This document shows, in pieces, positions 30,814 through 42,300 of a stretch of DNA of 64,000 nucleotides; the first letter of the stretch is position 1; each line of letters opens with the position of its first letter. Both the position numbers and the translations under genes were made by a program. The DNA is taken from contig CAWDLW010000012.1 of the NCBI GenBank assembly GCA_963803145.1, positions 32,001-96,000 of the forward strand. The letters run 5' to 3'. The notes under the pieces are model-generated. The model worked only from the letters and a program-made list of their open reading frames with translations, did not search any database and was not told where the DNA came from. This stretch comes from Methanotrichaceae archaeon. GTDB taxonomy: Archaea; Halobacteriota; Methanosarcinia; Methanotrichales; Methanotrichaceae.

Positions 30814-31872
30814 TGTAGAGTCCCGAATGTTTTGACTTTATATACTCGGTCTCTACTTTTAGGTTCTATCTCTAACATTTAATTCAGTCTCCATACGATC
30901 GAGAAACATTTTCAGCTTGCACCCTTCTGGTAGCCTGGACCAGAAAGCACTATCTGGCGTCTGAAGATACCATTTTGTATCGAGCGATTCATGGAACCTA
31001 ACAGTGTTATACCAATCCATGAAATTGTCAAAATTATCGAACCTAGACCTGTTCTTTTGGTATGTATCATTCCATTTTTCGAATTTGCCATTTGTCTGAG
31101 GGTGTTTGACTCTCGCTTTAATATGGACTATTTTATTATCCTTAAGGAAGTTCTCAAATCTGCTATCGGCCTCTCCCTTTTTATCTCGTTTATTGGCATA
31201 GAACTGAGTTCCATGATCAGTCATTACCTGACTGATTCCCGTCAGCCATCCAAAGTTATCCAGCGCCTCCTGAAGGAGCATGATACTATTCTCAGTAGTT
31301 TCTGCATCGAACTCTCCGCCTGCGAGAATTCGCCGCGAACTATCATCAAGAACTGCACATACCTTTTTTCCATTGAGCTTACTGGTATGCCAGTCCAGAT
31401 GTACCAGTGTCAGGCTGTGCTTGCGTTCCCACCTGACCCAAGGTTTTCTACGCTTCGCTTTATTACGGTTTACTTTAGCTTGGCCATGATTCAGCAGAAC
31501 CTTGTGAATTGTGTTGTGAGGGATATGTTTTCCGTACTTGAATTCTATGATCTTTTCAAGACGCCTTGCCCCCAAATTTTGCTCTTTGTTGGTTTCTAAT
31601 ATCAATCTCTCTGATTCCTCATCAACATCTTTTTTCTTACGTCCAAATTTGTTAATGTTTAGGGGCATCTTGGTTTTCATCCAATGCATCCAGACTCGCT
31701 TAACGGTTGACTCGCTGACTTTCATCTCAGCAGCGATTCTTTTGGTGCTGATGTTACTGGTTTTAGCTCGGATTATGTACCGGATCTTCCTTTGTGTTAG
31801 CTTTACAACCTTATTCTTCTTTCCCATGCCCCTTTGGTGGGTATATAAAGTCAAAGATTTCGGGACTACACA
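30814..31872 (-). mobile_element. IS481-family insertion sequence, 1059 bp, 15-bp target duplication
   Basis: TGT...ACA ends; imperfect 32-bp IRs (TGTAGAGTCCCGAATGTTTTGACTTTATATAC vs TGTGTAGTCCCGAAATCTTTGACTTTATATAC); direct repeat ACATATGGCAAGTCA at 30799-30813 and 31873-31887. Confidence 0.92.
30859..31854 (-). CDS. IS481-family DDE transposase
   Basis: N-terminal HTH; VHLDW, DDSSR, TDHGTQF, HPQTNGKFEK. Confidence 0.92.
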   Translation of the reverse strand: MTLYTHQRGMGKKNKVVKLTQRKIRYIIRAKTSNISTKRIAAEMKVSESTVKRVWMHWMKTKMPLNINKFGRKKKDVDEESERLILETNKEQNLGARRLEKIIEFKYGKHIPHNTIHKVLLNHGQAKVNRNKAKRRKPWVRWERKHSLTLVHLDWHTSKLNGKKVCAVLDDSSRRILAGGEFDAETTENSIMLLQEALDNFGWLTGISQVMTDHGTQFYANKRDKKGEADSRFENFLKDNKIVHIKARVKHPQTNGKFEKWNDTYQKNRSRFDNFDNFMDWYNTVRFHESLDTKWYLQTPDSAFWSRLPEGCKLKMFLDRMETELNVRDRT

Positions 31873-32147
31873 ACATATGGCAAGTCAGGACAGCAGTGCC
31901 ATTTGTTCTGTAAGTACAATTAATTCTGTAAATTGATAAGTAGCTCTGTATCCAACCAAGTATTGGGGAACATTGGGGATACAGAGCAATGACACCAACG
32001 GAATTGCTATAGGACTTTGTTGTGAAATGTGGTTGGCCTGGATATTAAACAAACGATGTACTAATATCAACCAAACCGCGGGATTTAGTAGATATATTAG
32101 CAAGGTTACAGAAGGCCGCTAGAAAACCATCTTCCGGGAGCCAAAAA

Positions 32148-32945
32148 ATGGACCGCAAAGATATCGTCAGAAAACAATTCGATCTGCAAGTGCAGAAGTT
32201 CAGCGACTGGTCGGTGACCAGGAACGAAGAGTACATGAAGGCGTACTTCGAGTTCATCGGCTTTCAAAAGGAAGATGAACTTTTAGATGTCGCCTGCGGA
32301 ACTGGAGATTTCGCCATCTTCTGTGCGAGAAGGATCAAGCGTGTTCACGGCATCGACATCTCGCAGGGGGTAATTGAGCTGGCCAAAAAGAAGGCTCAAG
32401 CTGACGGTTTGACCAATATTTCCTTCGAGTGCCATGATGTTGAACACATCCCATTCGCCGACAGCTCGTTTTCGGTCGTGCAGTGCAGATCGGCATTTCA
32501 CCACATGGATAATTACCCTCAGGTGTTCGAGGAGATGCTGAGATGCTGCAGGCCTAATGGGCGGCTGGCTGTGCAGGACATAATGGCGTATGAGGATCCG
32601 GAGGTCAATTCATTCTTTGAGGCTTTGGAGAAGGAGATCGATGTCAGCCATAATGCAACGCTGCATAAGCGGGAGTTCATCGATCTGTTTGATCGGAATC
32701 AGGTTGAGGTGATTCGATCGTGGGTTGTGGAGATAGAGCTGAACTTCCGGGAGTATCTTGGGCATGCGGTTCAGTCTGAGCGGAGCGTTGAGAGGATCGG
32801 AGAGATGTTGGAGGAGGGGTTGCAGGATAAGGATGTGTCACGGTTTCTTTATTTGAATGGAGATAAGGAGCTGGTTTTCAAGAGAGGAGTGTTCTTGATA
32901 CTTGGGCAGAAAAGGATAGATTTGGTTTATAATCATCGAATGTGA
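32148..32945 (+). CDS. Class I SAM-dependent methyltransferase
   Basis: LLDVACGTG, GIDIS, IPFADSSF, AFHH, RPNGRL. Confidence 0.92.
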   Translation: MDRKDIVRKQFDLQVQKFSDWSVTRNEEYMKAYFEFIGFQKEDELLDVACGTGDFAIFCARRIKRVHGIDISQGVIELAKKKAQADGLTNISFECHDVEHIPFADSSFSVVQCRSAFHHMDNYPQVFEEMLRCCRPNGRLAVQDIMAYEDPEVNSFFEALEKEIDVSHNATLHKREFIDLFDRNQVEVIRSWVVEIELNFREYLGHAVQSERSVERIGEMLEEGLQDKDVSRFLYLNGDKELVFKRGVFLILGQKRIDLVYNHRM

Positions 32946-33155
32946 CTATACCCGAGGGCTTATTCTAAGAGATTGCTTGACACAGATCAGCGATATATTG
33001 GATATATGCAACTACTTGACCTACATGCTACTGACCAATTTATAATATTAATCATATCATATTAAGGTTTGAATTAATAGTTAAAGTTACCATATTTGAA
33101 TCATCAAAATAAGCAAAGTTTAAAAAGATTTAAGTATTTCTAAAAGAATTGTTCA

Positions 33156-34385
33156 TTGAGTTTATTTAAATCCGATACAAGTTATATAAGAGGTGGAAAA
33201 ATAACCAAACCGAGTCATTCAGCCCCTGGTCCAGCTTATGGCTATTTTTTCCAACTCGATCGTGCATTATATTGGTTAGCTGAGAGTGGAGATTACGAAG
33301 CCAAAGTGGGCATTGAAACAGATGATGATATAACAAGAAGCGAAAAAGGTAAAACAATTAATGAACAAGATAAATGCTCAATAAAGAGAAATCCATTTTC
33401 AGATAAGAGCGAGGGCCTTTGGAAAACACTGAATATATGGGTTGAAGCAATAATTGAAAAAAGGATTGATATTAATAAGACTCAATTTTATCTAGTTACA
33501 AATAAACAGATACCTAAAGGCTTAGCTACTAAAATTGGCAAAACACAAAAAGATGATAAAGAAATTAGCCAATGTATATATGAATTGAAGGAAATTGGAA
33601 AAACCCTCTCGGAGAGCGTAGCTCCTTTCGCAACAGCAGTGACATCATGCGAAGAAGATATATTGAGAGAACTAATCGATAGAATAAATTATACAAATAC
33701 TGAAACAAATGAAGGAAATGATTTCAAATCAACTATTGCAGCATGTCTAAATATTTCTTCAGAATTACCCGCGGAAGATATTATTAATGATCTATTGGGG
33801 TGGATGCATACAAAAGTAAAAAATCTTTGGGAAAAAGATGAACCTGCTTGGATATCCAAAAGGGAATTTGCGAATAGTTATTCTAGAATTATATCAAAAT
33901 ATAACAAAGGGATATTTAATGAGATTCCGCAGAAAGATTTAACGCCGATATTAAATATTAATAAATCAGAACATTTAAGAAAAAATTTTGTAAATCAACT
34001 GAGAATAATTTCTATAGAAGATAATAACGAGATCTTCGATGCGATAACTGACTTCTTATGTTCGAAGCATGAGCTTACTAGATTTGCTGATGAAGGATCA
34101 ATTACTGACAAGGATATTGAAGCCTTCGAAGGCAGACTAGAAACTAGGTGGAAGAATATTTCTAGAAAATTCAAACATATGATCAGGAAAAGCGAAAGAG
34201 ATGATGAAAAATCAATAGGCAGAGATATTTATTATGAAACAATCACTCATAGAGAGGTTATAGTAAACCAACAGACAGTCGAATATTACTTGACAAGAGG
34301 GACTTACCATAAACTCGCAGATGATTTGACGATCGGATGGCATCCAAATTACAAAAATGAGCTATTTCTAAGGAGAAATAAATGA
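33156..34385 (+). CDS. ABC three-component/Lamassu-like effector: Cap4-like nuclease + C-terminal domain
   Basis: SAPGPAYGYFFQ...IETDDD...EQDK...LWKTLNIW nuclease-like N-terminus; RGTYHKLADD..IGWHPNY C-terminus; low GC; ATGA-type overlap with the next gene; start uncertain. Confidence 0.75.
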   Translation: MSLFKSDTSYIRGGKITKPSHSAPGPAYGYFFQLDRALYWLAESGDYEAKVGIETDDDITRSEKGKTINEQDKCSIKRNPFSDKSEGLWKTLNIWVEAIIEKRIDINKTQFYLVTNKQIPKGLATKIGKTQKDDKEISQCIYELKEIGKTLSESVAPFATAVTSCEEDILRELIDRINYTNTETNEGNDFKSTIAACLNISSELPAEDIINDLLGWMHTKVKNLWEKDEPAWISKREFANSYSRIISKYNKGIFNEIPQKDLTPILNINKSEHLRKNFVNQLRIISIEDNNEIFDAITDFLCSKHELTRFADEGSITDKDIEAFEGRLETRWKNISRKFKHMIRKSERDDEKSIGRDIYYETITHREVIVNQQTVEYYLTRGTYHKLADDLTIGWHPNYKNELFLRRNK

Positions 34386-34861
34386 GAAGTATAAAAGAAT
34401 ACTCTATAGTGCAAAATTATGCCCTTGGTGCCTTGGCATTATGGAATTTTAGCTATGAATTTTATAAAAACAGCGAGAATAAACAAGGTCCAACCTTGCC
34501 TTTATTAATGCTTGTATTACCTATGGTTCTGCATAAAGAAACTGTATTATCAATATATACCAGACAAAAGGAGGGTGGATTTTATCGGGCAATTACTGAG
34601 AATAAAATTATCCAGGTAGGTCTTCAGCAGCGTATGGAAGCAATGTCTGAGAAGACATTGCGATCATTAAATCTTGCATTCGCTTCAGATATTCTGGGGT
34701 ATAATAAATCGAATACTCAAATTATTCCAAAACAAAAGCCGCCATCTGCTAGTATGTATAATGATGAGACAAATAAGATTATTCGTGCCTCCCAAAGGTT
34801 AGGTTATTGGTTCGCTGAATTAAGCCTTGAGCAGATTTGCCTCTATTTGAAAATCAGGTAG
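34382..34861 (+). CDS. ABC three-component middle component (LmuC-like)
   Basis: 159 aa; IVQNYALGA, LLMLVLPMVLHKET, ASQRLGYWF; sits between effector and ATPase. Confidence 0.78.
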   Translation: MRSIKEYSIVQNYALGALALWNFSYEFYKNSENKQGPTLPLLMLVLPMVLHKETVLSIYTRQKEGGFYRAITENKIIQVGLQQRMEAMSEKTLRSLNLAFASDILGYNKSNTQIIPKQKPPSASMYNDETNKIIRASQRLGYWFAELSLEQICLYLKIR

Positions 34862-34867
34862 TAATTA

Positions 34868-36353
34868 ATGGAATTGAAAATTGAAAAGATTATTTTATGG
34901 CCAAAAGATATTTCAAAAGATAAGCGCGAAATTGAATTTAAAAAGGATAAAGTCAATGTCATTACTGGTCAAAGTCAAACAGGAAAATCTGCACTTATAC
35001 CCATAGTAGATTATTGCTTGGGCAGCAACAAATGCGCAATACCGGTAAGGATCATAAGGAATAAAGTAGAATGGTTCGAGATACTAATAGATTTAGGTTT
35101 TACGCAAATGCTTCTGGCAAGAAGAGAGCCTGGAGGTCAAGATCAAACGTCTGACATGTACATGTTCGAATCTGCATCGATAGAAGAAATTCATCGACCA
35201 TATAAGACTTGTAATACTGACGCTGTCAAAAATAGACTTAATGAGTTATCTGGCTTATCTAACTTAGATTTCGCGGATACGGATATACAGGTCTCCTTCA
35301 AAAATCCTCCAAGCATCCGTGACATGAGCGCATTTGAATTTCAGCCTCAGCATATTATCGCTAATCCCTACACGCTATTTTTCAAGGCAGATACATCTGA
35401 GCATCAAGAAAAGTTGAAAACGATATTTCCTTTGGCGCTTGGCATTATTGATAACAAAACTTTGAAACTAAAGAGCGAATTAAAAGATTTAGAAAAAATC
35501 CTTAAAATCAAACAGAAAGAATTGGATGATAAAAAAGTTGCATCTGAAACTTGGATGGCAAATATTAAGGCTTTTTATGCTTATAGTAAGGAGTTAGGTC
35601 TACTGCCTAATGCGCCTGATTCTATTAGAATGGAAGGATCTACCTCACAAGAATATATTAGCTATTTAGAATCAATACCAAGGTATATTTCAGAATCAAA
35701 TCTACCGGAAGCCGAAGAAGGTAACACAGAGCGAGCAGTAACTTGGTTAACAGAATTGAAACAAGAGGAGGAAGAAATTGCCCATAAAATTGAAATTCGC
35801 CGAATTGAGTTATCTAAGATGGAACAACTTTCGATGGCAGAAAGTTATTACGAATCTGCGCTAACAATCCAACAACAACGACTAGAAGGAACCAATTGGT
35901 TTTCAAATAGATTAAGCGAAAATCCGGTATGCCCTTTCTGTGAATCGAAAAATGAATTAGCATTAGAAAACCTCAAAGAACTTATTAGCCTAATTGATGA
36001 GGTTCTTATTTCTTCCAGAGAAGTAAAAAAAATAACTCCCATATTGGATAAAGAGATGGGTAACCTAAAGAGAGAATTAAGGAGTTTAGAGAATACTTTA
36101 AAAAGTAAAAGAATACAAATAAATTTACTTGAAAAGAATGAAAAAAGACAATCATCAAATGAAATATATCGATTTGTTGGTCGCCTAGAGCAGTCGCTCA
36201 ACACTATTTCAGATGTGCAATCTGGTAGTGATTTGACAAAAGAAGTAAATAACTTACGGAATGAAATTGAAAATATTAAATCACAACTTAATCCAATGGG
36301 GGAAAGAAGACGCTTAGAATTAGCGATCTCCGAAATATCAAAAAATATTGCAT
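34868..36353 (+). pseudogene. SMC-like ABC ATPase (DUF3732/LmuB-like), truncated by IS5
   Basis: Walker A NVITGQSQTGKS, VDYCLGS, FQPQHIIAN, coiled coils, CPFC hook. The native frame ends at the IS; the last ~35 aa of ORF 34868..36460 are IS-derived; no Walker B half follows. Confidence 0.8.
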
Positions 36354-36354
36354 G

Positions 36355-37492
36355 GAGGATTCCTATTTACTTGTATCCTAAGGGCGGTTTTTTTAAATCG
36401 ACTCTAGATTTGCCTTACGATGTTCGCTATTCTTGGTCTAACCTGTTTTTTTTCAGTTAATTCTCGATAGCATCCGCTATCCCTAAATGACATTTGCCTT
36501 TTTAAGAGTACAAAGCTGATACAAGTTAAAAGCGAAAGCGGTAACTATCATTTTCACATGCACTCTTCTGACTGATGTAACAAGCACTCTTCCAGCCTCG
36601 AAAACCCTCTTGATTACAGCATGGGGCCTTTCGCCAGGCGATCTGAGGATACTGATCAACTGATTGCGTTCTTTATCAAGATCAGAAAGAGGTTTATCAG
36701 TAGTCCTGCGCTTCATTGTAAAATCAATACCTTTGGCCTTCACACCGAAATATCCTCTATCTCTGAAAACTGGCACGCCAGGGATAGAGAGATCAACCTG
36801 ACTGTCATGCAGTGATGCAGTCGAGGTCTCTATATCACGTATTAGGCTGTAATCGATATCAGTTATTTGATGTAACTTATATCCGAAGTGAGTTTCATTG
36901 CCTTTCTTAGCCCATGTGCCATCCTTGCTGCGACGTGTCTTAGCCTCATCGCCACGTGGTTTCTTTGACTCCGATGATCCTGGATCTGCTTCTATAAAGG
37001 TAGCATCCTGAACAATTCCGCGTCTGATCTTCAATCCTTTTGCATCCAACTGTCTTTGAAGTTCAGCCCAAACAAGCCTATCTGTTCCTGTCTCCGCCAT
37101 TCGTTCTTTGAATGACCATATAGTTCTGGAATCAGGGAACTGATCAGGAAAACCAAGAAATGCCATAAATGATATGCGATCAGCCATTTGCCGTTCAACA
37201 GCCAGATCGCTCAGGCCATACCACTGCTGGAGAATCAGGATCCTGAACATTAGAATAACATCACAGTTGGGCCTTCCTCCCTTCTCGGTCTTATTAGTAT
37301 ACATCCCTTCCAGAAGAGGACGAAAGGGAACCCAATTGATCAATCCAGATACTTGAGCTAATTTAGACTCCTCTTGCTTTGCATTTAGACCTTTCAATAC
37401 CCAAGTAGTAAAAGAATCCATAACAATAAATACTATTTGCTGTATTTAACACTTTCGATGCTAAAGCAGGGGGTAGGTTTATAGGAATCCTC
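36355..37492 (-). mobile_element. IS5-family insertion sequence
   Basis: Inverted repeats GAGGATTCCTAT (36355-36366) and ATAGGAATCCTC (37481-37492) around a transposase; no target duplication visible. Confidence 0.88.
36483..37421 (-). CDS. IS5-family DDE transposase
   Basis: GGRP...LQQWYGLSD, PDSRTIWSFKE, QDATFI, GYKLH, DRGY, RSPGERPHAVIKR. Confidence 0.93.
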   Translation of the reverse strand: MDSFTTWVLKGLNAKQEESKLAQVSGLINWVPFRPLLEGMYTNKTEKGGRPNCDVILMFRILILQQWYGLSDLAVERQMADRISFMAFLGFPDQFPDSRTIWSFKERMAETGTDRLVWAELQRQLDAKGLKIRRGIVQDATFIEADPGSSESKKPRGDEAKTRRSKDGTWAKKGNETHFGYKLHQITDIDYSLIRDIETSTASLHDSQVDLSIPGVPVFRDRGYFGVKAKGIDFTMKRRTTDKPLSDLDKERNQLISILRSPGERPHAVIKRVFEAGRVLVTSVRRVHVKMIVTAFAFNLYQLCTLKKANVI

Positions 37493-37637
37493 TCTGAGTT
37501 GTGAGATTATTCCAATTTACAATTTATTTAAAACCGACTTCAACGCGAGCATAACCAAACTTCATGCGATACTATTTTCACATACTCTACAGTGAAAGAT
37601 GAAACTAAAAGGTAAAGGTAAGAACTTTTGTCTTACC

Positions 37638-38978
37638 TTAAGGTCCATAAAGTTTCTGCAGTCCTGCAATATCCTGTGTAGTCAATGTTCTTTTTACACT
37701 GCCGTCGTTGTAGCCGTACATAACCTTATCCGAGTTCGATTTGGCATAAAGATCGCTTAAGCCAAGAGTATGTCCAAGCTCATGCAATGATATAGTCTGG
37801 ACGTCATATGCTCCTTTGCTAGTATCGCCATCTGGGGCTATCCGCCAATTGAAATTCGCATTATACCAGCAGTCGGACTCTAGGACTTTACTGCGAGAAA
37901 CGCCGTCATACGATACGACTTTATCTGATTTACTGTTACTGTACCAGGTTATTGTCAAAGCTAGGATGCTTGAACCTTTGCCAAAGCCGGTTGTCCAAGC
38001 CTCTGTGTTCTTGCCATCCTGGGCTGGCCTATTACTATATTTAGGAGTATAAGTTGTTATTGCAACGGCTGCATTACCTGTACTTGGATCATTATTGTTA
38101 TCAATCCCTAAGAACAGATCCTCATTTGTCTGACTATCCCATGTATTGGCAGCTTTGCAGATCGCTTTTGCTGCGGCTGTCTTAGCATCATCTTGGCCAT
38201 TGGCTAAGTTGCCAGGGACGGATGAACCGGAAAGCTGCATTTGTTTCTGAGCATTATCAGGCCATCTCCAGCCTGCAAACAGGTATCCATTGCTTTCACT
38301 AGTGGCCGAAGCCGCAGGTTTTACCGCATATTTTCCAGAGTGCACTATATTTGCGGCAGTCAGCCCAAATTCCCCCATGCCGCCATTGGAGGCCTGGTTG
38401 ATACCCTGCACAGTTAAAGCCGAATCACCGGATGAAAGGAATTGAGCTACATCATCATTATAACACTCCGCGCCGAGAACTGTTGCTGTTCCTGCTATTG
38501 ATGCTTTATCCATGTCGGCGGACGATGTCAGATCTGACTGAAGATTCCCGTCCTGCGAATACCCACCTGCTATCAAAACAGTATTCGCTTCTGAGACAGA
38601 AGCGCTCTCGATGAATCCGTTCTCACCAGAGATACTTGTGCTTATATCCGTAAATCCAGCATCATTCAATGCTGCACTTTTTGAAGTGCCGCTTATTTTG
38701 CCTAAGCTGGATATTGTGTTCTCTAAAGTATATTGTCCGCCTGACATAGTTTCCGTTAAGTTGTTCTGGCCTGACCCTTCAACCTGACGTTCCTGATATG
38801 CTGTTCCCTGTCCTAGGATTTCATTAAGGCCAAGTTCAGTGGATGTATCAAGATTATAGCTGCCTGACATTGAAACTGAGCCAGATGATCCTCCTGCACA
38901 GACAGAGAAGTCCAATCCATATGCACATGTGGCGAAGATTACGACCAACGATAAAAGTATCATAGAGATTTTTGACAC
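37638..38978 (-). CDS. Secreted metzincin (matrixin-like) metalloprotease
   Basis: Signal peptide; HELGHTLGLSD zinc motif, Met-turn KVMYG and DIAGLQKLYG at the C-terminus; long Ser/Gly-rich N-terminal region. Confidence 0.85.
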   Translation of the reverse strand: MSKISMILLSLVVIFATCAYGLDFSVCAGGSSGSVSMSGSYNLDTSTELGLNEILGQGTAYQERQVEGSGQNNLTETMSGGQYTLENTISSLGKISGTSKSAALNDAGFTDISTSISGENGFIESASVSEANTVLIAGGYSQDGNLQSDLTSSADMDKASIAGTATVLGAECYNDDVAQFLSSGDSALTVQGINQASNGGMGEFGLTAANIVHSGKYAVKPAASATSESNGYLFAGWRWPDNAQKQMQLSGSSVPGNLANGQDDAKTAAAKAICKAANTWDSQTNEDLFLGIDNNNDPSTGNAAVAITTYTPKYSNRPAQDGKNTEAWTTGFGKGSSILALTITWYSNSKSDKVVSYDGVSRSKVLESDCWYNANFNWRIAPDGDTSKGAYDVQTISLHELGHTLGLSDLYAKSNSDKVMYGYNDGSVKRTLTTQDIAGLQKLYGP

Positions 38979-39366
38979 TTTATTTCCTTTAGGAATTTCT
39001 ATCCCTCCAGATTATAGGTTCTATACTATTGTTACTATTGTCGAATTATTACGATTGCACTTTCAGAGATTTTAGCTCCAAGGGCAAATCCAAATACATT
39101 AAATAAAAGAGCGTCTCATATAATTAAATATTACGTAGTTGATCTTATACAAGATGATGATTTATCAGTATCAAAGCACCGTACTATTGCAATAACTAAA
39201 GCGAAGAAAGCTAGACTGCTCAATACGCACTTCCCTAACTTCTGGTTATAGGCATATTCCATGGATTAATTACACTTTTAACAGACTAACTAAGGAATAT
39301 ACAGGATACTTACGCTCCACTCGAATAAGCTTTAGATACTTGGTCTTCACTAGACTTCATCCGAGT

Positions 39367-42300
39367 ATGAGCGCAGATCCTGTTGCCAAGTGGGAAGAGT
39401 TTCTAAGATCGCGTTACTGGGACGAGCTTCTTGAGCTTGCGGACTCCTACCCTGATGAGCGAAGCCTGATAATTAGCTTCTCTGATCTGGACAGATACGA
39501 TCCGGATTTCGCCGAGGAGCTTCTGGATAATCCTGATCAGATCCTGGAGGCAGCTGGGCTTACGCTATTAGAGATCGACCTTCCGATGGATGTATACCTT
39601 GATCGCGCTCATGTCAGGATCATTGAGCTGCCCAGGCATTATAAGACCCGTGAGCTGCGCTCCGATCATATCGGAAAGCTGATCGCAATTGAAGGTCTTG
39701 TGCGAACTGCCACGGAGGTCAGACCGAAGATCATATCTGCGGCATTCCAGTGCCAGAGATGCGGCTACACATTTCAAAAGGAGCAGACAGGCACGAAGTT
39801 CGATGACCAGAATCTTAAGTGCCAGAACCAGGGATGCGACCGCGGCGGGCCCTTCAAACTAGTCCTCTCCAAGAGCAAATTTGTGGATGCCCAGAAGATT
39901 CGCGTGCAGGAGTCTCCGGAAGATCTGCGTGGAGGCGAGCAGCCTCAGACATTGGATGTTGAGCTTGAGGATGACCTTGCAGGCAAGATCTTTCCGGGCG
40001 ACCGTGTAATCATAAATGGCATACTCAAGTCCTACCAGCGCTCAACACCTCAGGCTGGCAAGAGCACATACTTCGATCTTTTCCATAAAGGCATCTCAGT
40101 TGAGATGAAGGAGCAGGAGTTCGAGGAGATTGAGATCTCGCCTGAGGAGGAAAAGGCAATCCATGAGATGTCAAGAGACCCCGAGATCTATGAGAAGATA
40201 AAGAAATCCATTGCGCCATCAATCTTCGGCTATGATGATGTAAAGGAGGCACTTGCGCTTCAGCTTGTATCAGGATTCGAGAAGAAGCTTCCCGATGGGG
40301 CGAGGATCAGGGGAGATATCCACATCCTTCTCGTTGGAGACCCGGGAATTGCCAAGAGCCAGCTGCTCAGATATATGACGAAGATTTCGCCCCGTGGGAT
40401 TTACACATCGGGCAAAAGCACAACCTCTGCAGGCCTAACTGCCACAGCAGTGAAGGATGAGCTGGGCGATGGAAGATGGACCATTGAGGCAGGAGCGCTC
40501 GTGCTGGCTGATAAGGGCATCGCAGCCGTGGACGAGCTGGATAAGATGGACAATGAGGATAAAAGCTCACTGCATGAAGCGATGGAGCAGCAGAGCTATC
40601 ATCCCTCAACTGAGATCCAGCTTTCAGACGGCCGCAAAATGTTGATCGGCGAACTTGTGGATAATCTGATGGCGAGCTGCAAAGACGAAGTTATCAAAGG
40701 AAACGACTGCGAAATCTTGTCGCTAAACAAGGAAGTAAAAATACAAAGCTCTGATATGAGCTGTATCTTTGAGCTTCCTGTAAGCAGGGTAAGCAGGCAC
40801 CATGCTCCCGACCACTTCATCCGAATCAAATATTCTAACGGCCGTGGAATACTTGTCACTCCAGAGCATCCTATTTACATAGCAAATGAGGGAATCGCAT
40901 GTGTCCCTGCGTGCGAAGTCGAGATAGGAGATCTTGCACCTGCGCCAAGACATATTACCTGCAGCGATGATGGCCAGAATCTCGTTCAATTGGAAAAGAA
41001 CCATCCAGGCGAGAAGCCGCTGAAGTTCCCTGAAAGATTGAACCCTGATCTATCGAGGATATTGGGATATCTTACAGCAGAAGGTCATTTCTATAAAGGG
41101 TCCCGCCACGAGATTGGTTTTACAAATAAGGACGAGAGGCTTCTTGGAGATATGTCGCATCTTATGAAAGGAGTCTTCAATATCGAGTCATCCAAGAACG
41201 AGAGACACGATGGCGTTACAACCTTGAGTTTCATCTCGACACGCATTTACAGATGGTTTGAAACCAATTTTTCTGAGATTATGCATACTGATAGAGATAA
41301 AAGAACGCCAGTTGCTCTCTTCAGAGGCACCGAGGATGATATTCGTGAATATTTAAGTGCCGCATTCCTCGGCGATGGCTGCGTGCACTCAACATCAGTT
41401 GCATATTCAACAATATCCAGAGGGCTCGCTGAGGATTATCAGGATCTTCTGATCAGGCTGGGCGTATCGTCTCGGATAACCATAGACCGGAAAGCAAACG
41501 CCTTCAAGGTCTGTATAATGGGAGATTCCCACAGCAGGTTCGAACAGCTTTTCTTCTGCTCTGGCCACGATAAACTTGAGCAGATGAAGAGGATTACCTC
41601 GGCATCTAATAGGTCTATACGCCATCATGATGTCCTTCCTTCCGAAACTGCCTATTCGATACTTGAAATGAAAAAAGCTCTGGGCCTTACGAACGATGGG
41701 CGATTCAACGAGCATTTAGACCGCAGTTATGGATTGACCGCCGATACCATTTCAGGATGCGTATCAGAGCTAAGAAGCAGGTATGCTGAAGTATCGGCTT
41801 CGGTGAACGATGAGATAGCATTGCCCAAGATAAGATCACTGCTTGGATGGTCGCAAAGTTATATGGCGTCAATTATAGGCGTAACGCGCGGCAATATAGA
41901 TTACTACGAGGATGGCGGATATGATGACATAAGTAGGGCAGATATATCCAGGCAGGCATCCAAAGAAGTCCAATCGTATCTGGAGAAGACTAATGAGGGC
42001 ATCGAAGCCCTCGAAAAGATGCTATCTTCAGATATCCGATATTTGAGAGTCGTTGAAGTCAGCATAGTGCCGAATAGCGGAGAATACTTCGCAAATTACG
42101 TTTATGATGTAACAGTTGAGCCCACTCATACTTTTATATCGCAAGGCCTTATACTCCACAATACAATCAGCGTAGCCAAGGCCGGCGTCATGGCAACATT
42201 GAAATCCCGCTGCTCCCTTCTGGCCGCAGCCAACCCGAAGCTTGGGCGATTCGATAGGTATGAATCCATTGCCCCGCAGATCAACCTAACTCCAGCGCTC

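Noticed and set aside
30579-30878. 99-aa ORF as an intact gene
   Set aside because: Its N-terminus comes from the IS481 end; only a degenerate PAS fragment is native.
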